Of a stretch of 64,000 bases of DNA, positions 1 through 9,099 are shown piece by piece. The notes under the pieces were generated by a model. The model saw only the letters and a list, made by a program, of their open reading frames with translations, did not search any database and was not told the origin of the DNA. The translations under genes were made by a program, and so were the position numbers. Origin of the DNA: Candidatus Latescibacterota bacterium (GTDB taxonomy: Bacteria; Latescibacterota; UBA2968; GCA-2709665); contig CBDCOX010000002.1 of NCBI GenBank assembly GCA_965219995.1, positions 4,736,001 to 4,800,000 of the forward strand, read 5' to 3'. Position 1 is the first letter of the stretch. Each line of letters opens with the position of its first letter.

Positions 1-163
1 TGTCCGGCAGGACCTCGCGACGCGGCCACGTGAGCGTGATGCTGCGCCCCTGGTCGTTGGGCGTGTCGAATGCCCGGACGCCGGCCGGCGCCGTTTCGGC
101 TGCGCCTGCCGGTGCGGCGGCGATGACAAGAGCGAGAAGGAACATTAGATGCGCCATATGCAT
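1..163 (-). CDS. Secreted/membrane protein, N-terminal part only (signal peptide followed by FN3-like 'DTPNDxGxxITLTW' segment); runs off the window edge
   Basis: Manual translation from ATG at 163, which overlaps the upstream stop (TAATG): MHMAHLMFLLALVIAAPAGAAETAPAGVRAFDTPNDQGRSITLTWPRREVLPD. Hydrophobic signal with AxA cleavage site. Not in the ORF track because it is truncated. Confidence 0.7.
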   Translation of the reverse strand, partial: MHMAHLMFLLALVIAAAPAGAAETAPAGVRAFDTPNDQGRSITLTWPRREVLPD

Positions 164-1284
164 TACGATTCGATCCTTTCGGCGTTTGCGCGGGGTATCA
201 CGGCGCGTTGTCCGTCTTCGAGCTGAACTTCCAGCACGCGTACCCTGATTTCCGATTCCACGGCCGCCAGTTCGGAAGGCAGTGAAGTGACGACACCGGT
301 TTTTCCGAAATACGGCGCGCGTATCGTACGGATCGGATCTCCAACGGAAAGGCCTTCCCGCGCCACGGATGCCTCGGCGACGGTTGAGCGGCCCGTGTCC
401 GGGACGATGATCTCGGGACGAAGCACGCCCGCCCGGATCTGGGTTGCCCCGGATATCGAGGCTTCGTCTCCGTTTCTTTCATTCAGAATGTCGAATGTCT
501 TTCGCGCCATGGCGATGTCGCCGAATCCTTCCGTGACCACCACCGTAAGGCCGATTTCCTCGGCGCCGGTAATGGCCACGCCGAGGTCGTAACCCAGCAG
601 GCTCCGCAGGTCGTGGTCGCGGATGCCCCCGCCAATGAGACCTGCCGCGCCGATTTCCCGGGCTTTCCGGATCAGGTCCAGGGTGACCAGGCCGCCGGCG
701 ATGAGGATCTTTCCGGTACACGAGGCGTCGATCCGGTCTTCCGGAAGCCGCTCGCCGGGGGTTGCGGCGAGCGTATGGATCGCACCCCAGCTCTCGCCGC
801 CGATTCCGAAAATGCCCTGAAGAAAGGCGCCCACGGTTTCGACGACCACCCCTTCGCCCGGAATGGTTTCCACAACGACGCCGTCCACGTAGGCTTTCAC
901 CTGTACGGGACGGGGCGGACCCCGCAGAATCACCTGGCCGGTGACCGGCGAAATGCTCTCCACGGTGCCGGTGACCGGAGACTCAACCGTGGTCTTGAAC
1001 CACCTGATGAACGGCCGGGTCTCGGCGAGAGGTTCCCCGGATTCGACCGGCTCACCCTCGTTCTTGAGCATGAAGGCGGGAAGTTCGTCGGGGGTGACGC
1101 CCAGCCTGTTGACCAGGTTCAGGGTGGTCACGTCTCCGGGCAGTTCGGTCCGGGCGACCACCCGGTCGCGCTGCACGGATTCTCCCTCTGAAACCAGCAC
1201 CTCACCGGTGAGCGGGAGCTGCCGTCTCTTTCGTATGGTTGCCCTGCGGGTGACCCGCAGTCCGGGTGTGTACGTATGCGCCAT
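163..1284 (-). CDS. Conserved hypothetical protein (barrel-sandwich-hybrid-like repeats, C-terminal KOW-like motif), typical neighbour of GlmL-like genes
   Basis: 373-aa ORF. 'VSEGESVQRDRVVA' and 'NEGEPVESGEPLAE...VESPVTGTV' resemble biotinyl/lipoyl/RnfC-N hybrid motifs. 'VGDPIRTIRAPYFGKTGVV' is KOW-like. Confidence 0.8.
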   Translation of the reverse strand: MAHTYTPGLRVTRRATIRKRRQLPLTGEVLVSEGESVQRDRVVARTELPGDVTTLNLVNRLGVTPDELPAFMLKNEGEPVESGEPLAETRPFIRWFKTTVESPVTGTVESISPVTGQVILRGPPRPVQVKAYVDGVVVETIPGEGVVVETVGAFLQGIFGIGGESWGAIHTLAATPGERLPEDRIDASCTGKILIAGGLVTLDLIRKAREIGAAGLIGGGIRDHDLRSLLGYDLGVAITGAEEIGLTVVVTEGFGDIAMARKTFDILNERNGDEASISGATQIRAGVLRPEIIVPDTGRSTVAEASVAREGLSVGDPIRTIRAPYFGKTGVVTSLPSELAAVESEIRVRVLEVQLEDGQRAVIPRANAERIES

Positions 1285-1287
1285 GGG

Positions 1288-2358
1288 TCAGACTTTCATC
1301 TTCGGATCCAGGGCGTCTCGCAGGCCGTCGCCGAGCAGATTGTACAGGGTGACGGTGATAAAGATCGCGAACCCGGGTACGATCACCAGCCACCACGCCG
1401 AAATATTGTTCCGGGCGCCGGCGAGAATCGCGCCCCAGGTGATGGCCTCGGCAGGTACCCCGATGCCCAGAAAGCTGAGGCCGGATTCGGCCAGGATGGC
1501 GCCCGCAACGCCGAACGCCGCCGGAATCAGTACGGGCGCAATCGCGTTTGGCAGAATATGGATGAACATGATCCGGCCGCTGGAATATCCCAGGCTCTTG
1601 GCCGCGGAAACAAAGTCGTAGCTCCTTACCTGCAGAAACTGCGACCGGGTGAGCCTCGCGATCCCCACCCAACCCGTAAAGCCGAGAATAATCATCACGA
1701 AGAAGAGGCTGGGGGGGAAAAACGCGGCGACCGTGATGATCAGAAAGAGGGCGGGGATGGCGGCCCAGAGCTCGAACACACGGGAGAGAATCAGATCGGT
1801 CCAACCCCCGAAGTAGCCGGCCAGCGCGCCGAGGGCAACGCCGATGATCATTGAGATCGCCACGGAGACCAGTCCGATGGTGAGCGCGTATCGGGTTCCG
1901 TGGATCAGCCCCGAGAGTACGTCCCGGCCCAGCCGATCCGTACCCAGGAAATGCGCCGCGCCCGGCGGCATGTATTTGTCTGCGAGACGGACGTCGCTGG
2001 GACCGTAGGGAACGGGCGGGAATATTGCCGATTCGGATCTCAGGCGTTTGAAGTTCTTCCTTCTTCTGAGCGGCGCCGGCCAGTCGGCCAGCCCGAGATA
2101 GACGGCGTACTGGCGAAAGGCGGGGAAATAGGTCTTGCCCCTGTACTTCATATAGTACGGTTTGTTTCCCGCCAGGAAGTCCGCGAAAACCGCCGTGAAC
2201 GCGAGAACGCCGATCGCCGCCAGGCTGAAAAGGGCCGGACGGTTCTTCCTGAACTGACGCCAGACCAGCTTCGAATAGGTCTGGCTCTCCTGTTCAGCCC
2301 CGGATTCAGTCGATGCGGCGTCGGCTTCGGCGATTTCGCCGGATGCAGCGGTTTCCAT
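1288..2358 (-). CDS. Peptide/nickel ABC transporter permease (OppC/DppC family)
   Basis: 'HFLGTDRLGRDVLS', EAA-like loop 'FVSAAKSLGYSSGRIMFIHILPN', C-terminal 'GDGLRDALDPK'. Start placed at ATG 2358 (METAASG). Confidence 0.92.
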   Translation of the reverse strand: METAASGEIAEADAASTESGAEQESQTYSKLVWRQFRKNRPALFSLAAIGVLAFTAVFADFLAGNKPYYMKYRGKTYFPAFRQYAVYLGLADWPAPLRRRKNFKRLRSESAIFPPVPYGPSDVRLADKYMPPGAAHFLGTDRLGRDVLSGLIHGTRYALTIGLVSVAISMIIGVALGALAGYFGGWTDLILSRVFELWAAIPALFLIITVAAFFPPSLFFVMIILGFTGWVGIARLTRSQFLQVRSYDFVSAAKSLGYSSGRIMFIHILPNAIAPVLIPAAFGVAGAILAESGLSFLGIGVPAEAITWGAILAGARNNISAWWLVIVPGFAIFITVTLYNLLGDGLRDALDPKMKV

Positions 2359-2362
2359 GGGT

Positions 2363-3664
2363 CTATCCCTGAAGGCGGGAAAATTCGATGCGCGGATCCA
2401 CAACTTTCAGGAGGATGTCCGCAAGCAGAATGCCAAGCAACGAAAGGAACGAACCGATGGTCAGAATGGCCATGACCATCGGATAGTCGCGTACGAGTAC
2501 GGATTGCACGCCCAGATATCCGAGGCCCGGAATGGTGAAAATGGTCTCGATAAAGACCGAGCCGGCGATGATGGCCGGAAGCAGATTCGCGAGGATCGTC
2601 ACGATGGGGATCAGTGAGTTGCGGAAGACGTGCCTCAGAACCACGACCTTTTCAGGCAGCCCCTTCGCCCTGGCGGTGCGTACGTAGTCCAGCCTGAGGT
2701 TTTCCAGCATGCTGGTGCGCATGAATCGGGAAAGGCCGGCGAAGCTGGCGTAGCTGGAGGCCAGTACCGGCATGGCCAGGTGGTGGGCGTGGTCCGTCAG
2801 CAGGCGCCAGAAGCCCCAGTCGGATGAGGCGTCCAGAGACTGGATGCCCGAGGCGGGAAACCAGTACAGAAAATCCTTGTTGCAGAAAAAGACAATCAGA
2901 AGCATGCCAACCCAGAATGAAGGCATGGACCACAGGATGAAGGTTCCGGTTGTGAGCGTGCGGTCGGTCCGGGTGTCCTGTTTCACGGCCAGCCAGATAC
3001 CGAGCGGAAGACCGATGACATACGCGATGATCAGGCTGATGACGTTGATTTCGATGGTGATGGGCACGCGCGCGAGGATATGGGAGATGACCGGCTGCTG
3101 GTCTTTGAAGGAACGTCCGAAATTGAGTGTGACAAAGCGCCGGTCGAAGAGATGGAAGAGCAGCAGGCCGGCGCCGGTATACTCGTAGTTGTTCTCGAGT
3201 TTGACGGTCTTGCTCTCCCAGAAAGAGGAAAGGACGAGCGCCTTTGCCTCGTCCGGGTGACGTTCCTCGAAACTGCGAAGGAACCGGGCTTTACGCGCCT
3301 CGTATTCCAGTGAGGCCAACTCGCTTCTTTCCGAGGTGTCCAGTTTCGAGAGATAGACGTCGACGCGGCGGCCCATGCGTTCGAAGTTGCTGAGCGGCTC
3401 CACGTGAAGAACCAGGCTCGACAGCCAGTTCAGGTACTGAACGTGCAGCGGCATGTCGAGGCCGAGTTGTCGGCGAAGGTCCTCGCGCGTTTTTTCGAAA
3501 TCGGACTGCCGATCCGTAGAAATGCCCTCCTCCCCCGCCATGCCGCCGAGAAAGAAGTCGACCGGGTCGCCGGGAGCGAGATGCATCACCAGGAAGGAGA
3601 TCAGGGTGATGCCGATCATGGTCGGGATCATCAGCAGGCTGCGCTGCAGGATGTACTGGATCAT
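2363..3664 (-). CDS. Peptide/nickel ABC transporter permease (OppB/DppB family) with a ~100-aa extracytoplasmic insertion
   Basis: 'LAPGDP', 'LGLDMPLHVQYLNWL', 'NFGRSF', EAA loop 'DYVRTARAKGLPEKVVVLRHVFRNSL', 'DPRI'. Confidence 0.92.
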   Translation of the reverse strand: MIQYILQRSLLMIPTMIGITLISFLVMHLAPGDPVDFFLGGMAGEEGISTDRQSDFEKTREDLRRQLGLDMPLHVQYLNWLSSLVLHVEPLSNFERMGRRVDVYLSKLDTSERSELASLEYEARKARFLRSFEERHPDEAKALVLSSFWESKTVKLENNYEYTGAGLLLFHLFDRRFVTLNFGRSFKDQQPVISHILARVPITIEINVISLIIAYVIGLPLGIWLAVKQDTRTDRTLTTGTFILWSMPSFWVGMLLIVFFCNKDFLYWFPASGIQSLDASSDWGFWRLLTDHAHHLAMPVLASSYASFAGLSRFMRTSMLENLRLDYVRTARAKGLPEKVVVLRHVFRNSLIPIVTILANLLPAIIAGSVFIETIFTIPGLGYLGVQSVLVRDYPMVMAILTIGSFLSLLGILLADILLKVVDPRIEFSRLQG

Positions 3665-3742
3665 CTGCCTTCAGGCCTCTCCGTGCCGACGTCTGTTCAT
3701 TCGCGATTGCAACAGGATCCGGTCGTCTCCCCTGCCCCAACC

Positions 3743-5584
3743 TTATTGGTACAACCGGTTCGAGGCGCCTACCCACCATTCCTGGGTATTCGCGCCAATG
3801 GCATACCAGTTGTCACCCGCAAAACGCCTGCTGTACGAAAAGGCGTTGCGGGACTTCCACAGAAACGTATACGGTTGCTCGTCGTGCAGGATTTCCTGGA
3901 ATCGCCGGTAAAGCTGAATTCGCTTGTCCATATCGAACTCCCTGCGGTAGGATTCCAGGATGCGGTCGACCTCCTCGTTCTTGAAGCCGATGTAGTTCGA
4001 CCCCTGCCCCTCGGACTGCGAGGAGTGCCAGATCTGATAGGAATCCGGCGGCGTACGCAGGCTTCCGGTCCACCCCAGCGTACACGCGGCAAAATCCTTT
4101 TTTCGAACGACCCGGTCCAGGAAGATGGTCCAGTCCAGTTCCCGTACCTCGCAGGCGATTCCGATGTCCTGCAGTTCGTATTGCAGCGCGAGGGCGATGT
4201 CTTTGCGGAGCTGGTTCCCCGAATTGACGAGAAATTCAAATTTGAAGGGGCGTTTCCTGCCGTCGATGACCTTGTCCAGGATGCCGTCGTTGTCGCTGTC
4301 GGCCCAGCCGGCCTCCTCCAGAAGGTCAAGCGCTCTGTCGGGATCGTAGGCATGGGGCTCCAGGCTGTGGTTGTATTCGGGCCGGAATTTGTGGATGGGG
4401 CTCTCAACGGCTTCCGCCAGACCGAACATGAGGTTCACCACCATGCTCTCACGGTCGGTGAGATACGTCATCGCTCTGCGCACGCGCTTGTCGCGAAAGA
4501 TGGGGTGCGCGTTGTTCCAGCCGATGTACACGTACCCCGAAGAATAGATTACGCTTTTCTTGAATCGCCTGATAAAATCCGGAGACCAGCTCTTGTCCTT
4601 GAACTGAAGGGGCCTGAGCCCGAAAAAGTCGATATTGCCGTTCGTGAGCTCGATAAACGCGGCCTCCTGATCATTCACGATCTTGAAGACGATCTTTTCC
4701 ACGTAGCCCTTGGGCATCAGATCGGTCCGGTCCCCTCCCCAGTAGTTGGGATTGCGTGTCAGTATCACCTTTTGCCCGGTGACCACGTCTTCGTCCCAGT
4801 CTGCCACGAGGTACGGCCCGGAACCGAGCATCTTCCGGTGGAATCCGGTGTTGAATTTCTCGGCGAACTGCTGTACTCGCTCCGCGTGGGGGCCGCTTTC
4901 CCAGGAACCGTCGATGAGACTTCCGATGTCGACGGGATCCATCAGGCCGTCGGGGTCGTAGAAGTGCTTGGCAAGAATCTCCATGCTGCCCAGGGAGATA
5001 TTGTTTCTGAAATAGGGTTCCCGGCAGACGAAACTGATTCTGTATTTGCCCTCCTGTTCAACGTCGCTGATAGCCGCGAAATAGTTTCGAAGCGAAGCCG
5101 CCAGAACTTTCGGGTTCTTGATGACCTTGATGCTGAAGAGGACGTCGTCCGCCGAGAGCGGCTTGCCGTCTGCGAAGTGGACGTCCTCGCGAAGGTCGAA
5201 CGTGTAGATGAGCTTGTCTTCCGATACCGCCGGGGGCCCTTTCGCGACCAATCCTCTGAGATTGTAAGGCGATTCGTCCTCGATGTCCAGCAGCGACTCG
5301 AAGATGTACTGGTGTACCGTGGAAGCGCCTGAGTCGTTGGAGACGTAAGGGTTGAAATTCTCCGGGTCTGAAAGAAAGTGGCGAACCATCCAGTCGCCGA
5401 ATTGAGGCTTGTCGTCGCCGGAATACATCGCAGCCACTCTCTCCGTGCCGTCCAGTACGATCGCCGGGTCCTTCCTTGTATCCATCAGCGTTTTCTGAAC
5501 CCGCTGCCAGGGCGTTTCGCCGTTGCAGGGGGCCGCAAAGAAAAAACACATGCCGAAGATTGCCAATCCGCGCCAGGGTCCCAT
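3743..5584 (-). CDS. Peptide ABC transporter substrate-binding protein (SBP family 5, AppA-like)
   Basis: Signal peptide; 'DPENFNPY', 'YTFDLREDVHFADGKPLSADDVLFS', 'GSGPY', 'FRDKRVRRAM', 'QEILHDEQPYTFL'. Confidence 0.92.
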   Translation of the reverse strand: MGPWRGLAIFGMCFFFAAPCNGETPWQRVQKTLMDTRKDPAIVLDGTERVAAMYSGDDKPQFGDWMVRHFLSDPENFNPYVSNDSGASTVHQYIFESLLDIEDESPYNLRGLVAKGPPAVSEDKLIYTFDLREDVHFADGKPLSADDVLFSIKVIKNPKVLAASLRNYFAAISDVEQEGKYRISFVCREPYFRNNISLGSMEILAKHFYDPDGLMDPVDIGSLIDGSWESGPHAERVQQFAEKFNTGFHRKMLGSGPYLVADWDEDVVTGQKVILTRNPNYWGGDRTDLMPKGYVEKIVFKIVNDQEAAFIELTNGNIDFFGLRPLQFKDKSWSPDFIRRFKKSVIYSSGYVYIGWNNAHPIFRDKRVRRAMTYLTDRESMVVNLMFGLAEAVESPIHKFRPEYNHSLEPHAYDPDRALDLLEEAGWADSDNDGILDKVIDGRKRPFKFEFLVNSGNQLRKDIALALQYELQDIGIACEVRELDWTIFLDRVVRKKDFAACTLGWTGSLRTPPDSYQIWHSSQSEGQGSNYIGFKNEEVDRILESYRREFDMDKRIQLYRRFQEILHDEQPYTFLWKSRNAFSYSRRFAGDNWYAIGANTQEWWVGASNRLYQ

Positions 5585-5607
5585 CGTTTGCCTCCTTGTG
5601 ACGCCCG

Positions 5608-7389
5608 TTAATGAGGGTAAAGGTCCAACGCCCGGTTCCAGGCGGCAACCCGCTCGACCGGATCCGCGTCCGGAAATGGAAGCGGTCGGCCGCGGCCGTC
5701 CAGTATCAGGCCGGCCACGCCGCCCTTGACCGTCCGGCGAATCGTCTGACCGGGTCCGGCGCCGGCGTCCCAGCCCGACTCGGGATGCAGGCTGACGTCT
5801 GCCTCCTGACCGGGGCCCACGTCCAACATGTGGATGGCGCCGACGTTCAGGTCGCCGGATCCGGCGCCGCCGGCCCGGGCGATTTCATACGTGGCGCAGA
5901 CTTCACCGGGTTTGCCGTCGCCGGACGGCGCAACGCACGTTCCCAGATCCACCAGGCAGTCCCGTTCGAATACCTCGGCGGCGGCCTGCTCGTTGACGCT
6001 TGTGAGCACACCCAGGTGAGGCATCATGAAGATGCTGTCGACCGCCAGCCGGGTAAATCCCTGAGGCTGGAACGCGTCGATCAGCATGGCCGCGGACTGC
6101 GCCCGCCGGGGCGCGTGAGAGAGAACGCCGCCGCTGCCCACCAGGAGGTCCAGGTCCGGCATGTGAATCAGGCTTTCGCCCGCGCCGGACTGGTCGAACG
6201 CGTCGGAAAGGGTGCGTTCCGTCTGCACGCCCTTGAGGCCCACGGCCAGGGCGCGGTGCTGGTCGAACGCGAGGCGCAACGCCTCACGTGCGATGGCCTG
6301 CTCGAGTTGCAGTTCCTCCAGGGTCTGGGGGACGGTCGTTGGGCGGATCATCTTGTTCTTGACGCGGTCCCTGAGGTCGGCCTCGTCGATTTCAAACGGC
6401 ACCCAGCGCATCACGTTCGCCAGACCGGCCTCGGCCAGCACGTTGGAGATGCTGTACGACATTCCCAGGTTGGCGCTTACGGTCCGGTTGAACGTCCCGT
6501 CAAATACACTGAAGACGTCCGTGGTCGCCCCGCCGATGTCCACGCCGACGACGTTGATGTTCCGACGGCGGGCGACCGTCTCGATCAACAGGCCGACCGC
6601 TCCGGGTGTGGGCATGATGGGCGCGCCCGTCCATTCCATCAGCTTCCTGTACCCGGGCGCCTGCGCCATCACGTGTTCAAGGAAGAGGTCGTGGATTACC
6701 TGTCGCGCCGGCCCGAGGTTTTCGCGTTCCAGCAGGGGGCGGATGTTGTCCGTGGTTTTCAGCGCGGTTTTGTCGCCCAGGACCTCGCGGACGTTTTCTC
6801 TCGCGTCCTTGTTTCCGGCAAAGATCACGGGAAGCCGGAAACCGGCGCCGAACCGCGGCCTGGGGTCTGCCGCTGCGATGAACTCGGCGAGTTCCACAAC
6901 GTGGCTTACGGTGCCGCCGTCCGTTCCCCCCGACAGAAGCACCATGTCCGGTCGCAAATGGCGGATGCGTTCGATCTTCTGGTGGGGCAGGCGGCCGTCG
7001 TTGGACGCGAGGACGTCCATCACGATGGCGCCCGCGCCAAGGGCCGCACGCTGGGCGCTTTCCCCCGTCATCGCCTGGACAACCCCGCCCACCATCATCT
7101 GGAGGCCGCCTCCGGCGCTGCTCGTGGACACATAGATGTCGACGCCGCGGCGGCCATTTGCGGGCGTGACGATGCGTTCGCCTTCCAGGATGACGCGACC
7201 GGAGAGTTCTTCAACCTCCTGTATGGCGTTGAGGACGCCCCTGGTGACGTCTTCGAACGGAGCTTCGACCGTTGTAGGCGCCTCGCCGCGGCAGGTCTGC
7301 CGGTAGCACTCTCCCTCTTTTTCTATAAGGATGGCCTTGGTGGTCGTGCTGCCGCAGTCCGTGGCGATGATGACGTCCGGCTTATCCAT
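5608..7389 (-). CDS. GlmL/MutL (glutamate mutase L) family ASKHA-fold ATPase
   Basis: Phosphate-1 motif 'TDCGSTTTKA', 'SSAGGGLQM', 'GGTDGG', 'MPTPGAV', phosphate-2 motif 'VDIGGATTDVFS', 'GSGGVLSH'. Confidence 0.85.
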   Translation of the reverse strand: MDKPDVIIATDCGSTTTKAILIEKEGECYRQTCRGEAPTTVEAPFEDVTRGVLNAIQEVEELSGRVILEGERIVTPANGRRGVDIYVSTSSAGGGLQMMVGGVVQAMTGESAQRAALGAGAIVMDVLASNDGRLPHQKIERIRHLRPDMVLLSGGTDGGTVSHVVELAEFIAAADPRPRFGAGFRLPVIFAGNKDARENVREVLGDKTALKTTDNIRPLLERENLGPARQVIHDLFLEHVMAQAPGYRKLMEWTGAPIMPTPGAVGLLIETVARRRNINVVGVDIGGATTDVFSVFDGTFNRTVSANLGMSYSISNVLAEAGLANVMRWVPFEIDEADLRDRVKNKMIRPTTVPQTLEELQLEQAIAREALRLAFDQHRALAVGLKGVQTERTLSDAFDQSGAGESLIHMPDLDLLVGSGGVLSHAPRRAQSAAMLIDAFQPQGFTRLAVDSIFMMPHLGVLTSVNEQAAAEVFERDCLVDLGTCVAPSGDGKPGEVCATYEIARAGGAGSGDLNVGAIHMLDVGPGQEADVSLHPESGWDAGAGPGQTIRRTVKGGVAGLILDGRGRPLPFPDADPVERVAAWNRALDLYPH

Positions 7390-7729
7390 TCAGTCGGTTG
7401 TCCGCCTCCACCAGAGAGTCGATCAGCGTCTGCACACTCCGGCGCTTCTCCAGAAAACGCACGAATCGATTGTATTCCACGCCTGAGAAGATAAGGTTGA
7501 CAAAGGGCGAAAGAAAAGTCAAAAACTGACTGCCTATAAAGTTGAACGGCTTGCCGGCTTCGAGTACCATCAGGGCGGGTGTGGTCATTTGCCGGCGAAC
7601 CACGAACGCCGCCATTTTCGCCGCCAGCGCACGTTCTTCCGCCGTGATGCGGTCATCCGGCGGGTCGACGGCGAAAGCGTGATCGAACCAGGTTCTAAGG
7701 CGCTGCATCCGCGAGGCGGGCTTCGACAT
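7382..7729 (-). CDS. Conserved hypothetical protein (115 aa)
   Basis: Overlaps both neighbours, consistent with translational coupling. Amphipathic 'PALMVLEAGKPFNFIGSQFLTFLSPF...FLEKR' segment. Confidence 0.75.
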   Translation of the reverse strand: MSKPASRMQRLRTWFDHAFAVDPPDDRITAEERALAAKMAAFVVRRQMTTPALMVLEAGKPFNFIGSQFLTFLSPFVNLIFSGVEYNRFVRFLEKRRSVQTLIDSLVEADNRLNG

Positions 7730-8135
7730 AGGCGATGACCTCGTCGCGATTGTCGCGATACCGCAGGAAACAGCCCCGAAACGGATCGAGCCGGTGCGGG
7801 CGGACGAAAGGGCTTAGGAAGACGCCGTCCGGCAGGACCGCATGCCGGCGGATACGACCCCAGGGAGTTGTCCGCCGCGCGCCCAGGTGGGCGATCAGGA
7901 CGTGCTCCTGGAGGAGTGCGTATCGCGTGGGAGCAAAGTAGCGGGACATCGAGGCCGTAAGCAGTACGGCCGCCAGGAAACCGAACGCGGGCGTTTCGAA
8001 GGCGAGGGCCACGAGCACCGGCACCCCGAGTATGATCAGGACGAGCAGGGCCGTCTTTACGGGCGGCTCATGCCGGAGGGGATGGACGGTCCAGCGGAGT
8101 TCGGTGGCGGTTGAAGGGGTTCCCGTTCTGTCCAT
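7695..8135 (-). CDS. Small membrane protein (2 TM helices plus a PH-like C-terminal domain)
   Basis: Two hydrophobic helices followed by 'YFAPTRY...GVFLSPF...RLDPFRG'. Confidence 0.7.
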   Translation of the reverse strand: MDRTGTPSTATELRWTVHPLRHEPPVKTALLVLIILGVPVLVALAFETPAFGFLAAVLLTASMSRYFAPTRYALLQEHVLIAHLGARRTTPWGRIRRHAVLPDGVFLSPFVRPHRLDPFRGCFLRYRDNRDEVIAYVEARLADAAP

Positions 8136-8220
8136 GCGCGCAGGAAATCGAGGATATTGAGGACGGTGGGCCGGCCTGCTTGAGGCACGCCGGCGGGGGA
8201 TCCTCTGCCGAAACAGTTTC

Positions 8221-9096
8221 TCAGATAATTCGCCGGACGATCCGGGGTTCCCGTGTCCCGTCGCCCAGGTTCCAGGCGTCCGTTCCGTACTTTGTTTCGA
8301 CGAGGTGCTCCGCGTCGACCTTTTCCTCCGCGGTCAGGCAGGATTCAGTCAGTGCGATGCCCAGGGTCATCTCGAAGCCTTCGCGCAGGGCGCATGCGAC
8401 CGCGTTGAATCCTGCGGGTCGACCGGCTTCCGCCAGTGAGATGGTGTGTCGGTCCAATTCCCGCCGGAAGCGTTCTTTCAGGGGTTGACCGCGGTCCGGC
8501 ATCAGATCGATGAGTCGCTTGTGTTCCGGGCCCAGCAGCAGCGAACCGTGCTGAAGGAGCACGTCGCCGAGGCGCCGCTGGGCGCTGCCGATGATCTTCC
8601 TGCCGTCGAGCGTCACCTCGTACTGCGTGGTACTTGAGAAGCAGGGGGACGTCAGTCCTTCGCCCCGCGGCGACGTGGCGGGAGATCGGCGGGGCTCGAA
8701 CTCGGCCGCGACGCCGAGGAGTCTCAGCCCCGCAACCAGGCAGGCGCTGATCTTCCGGTACGACTCCTGAATGGACCCGCCCAACAGCGGGTCGTCGGCC
8801 CGGCACAGTACGCTGTAGGTGAGTTCGTTCCAGTGGAGTACGGCGCGTCCGCCGCTCGGTCGGCGTACGAGGTGGATTCCGCGATTTCGGCATCGATCCG
8901 CATCGACTTCGCGGCCGACCCTCTGGGCATAGCCGAATGATACGGCGGGCGGCTTCCAACCGAACGTCCGGACCGTGGGCGGCGAGCCGTCGCCCGCGAC
9001 GCCGCGAACAATGGCCTCATCCGCGGCCATATTGAAAAAGGCGTTTCCCGATCCGGTGTTCAGGAAACGCCATGGACGCGATCTGGTGTCAAGCAT
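8221..9096 (-). CDS. lipM: Lipoate-protein ligase A family protein, LipM-like octanoyltransferase
   Basis: 'NMAADEA', 'RRPSGGRAVLH', 'CF...YE...GRKIIGSAQRR...LQHGSL'. No LplA C-terminal domain. Lies downstream of the fab cluster. Confidence 0.8.
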   Translation of the reverse strand: MLDTRSRPWRFLNTGSGNAFFNMAADEAIVRGVAGDGSPPTVRTFGWKPPAVSFGYAQRVGREVDADRCRNRGIHLVRRPSGGRAVLHWNELTYSVLCRADDPLLGGSIQESYRKISACLVAGLRLLGVAAEFEPRRSPATSPRGEGLTSPCFSSTTQYEVTLDGRKIIGSAQRRLGDVLLQHGSLLLGPEHKRLIDLMPDRGQPLKERFRRELDRHTISLAEAGRPAGFNAVACALREGFEMTLGIALTESCLTAEEKVDAEHLVETKYGTDAWNLGDGTREPRIVRRII

Positions 9097-9099
9097 GTC

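Noticed and set aside
5608-7389. DNA mismatch repair MutL or a functional glutamate mutase
   Set aside because: The motifs are ASKHA-type rather than GHKL, and there is no B12-binding DxHxxG motif or mutase subunit.
3404-7494. Long antisense ORFs (3404-5332, 5611-7494; likewise 9966-11288, 22496-24154, 26549-28057, 30468-32312, 34665-36659, 36086-38257)
   Set aside because: These are shadow frames opposite well-supported genes, expected in high-GC DNA, and carry no recognisable motifs.
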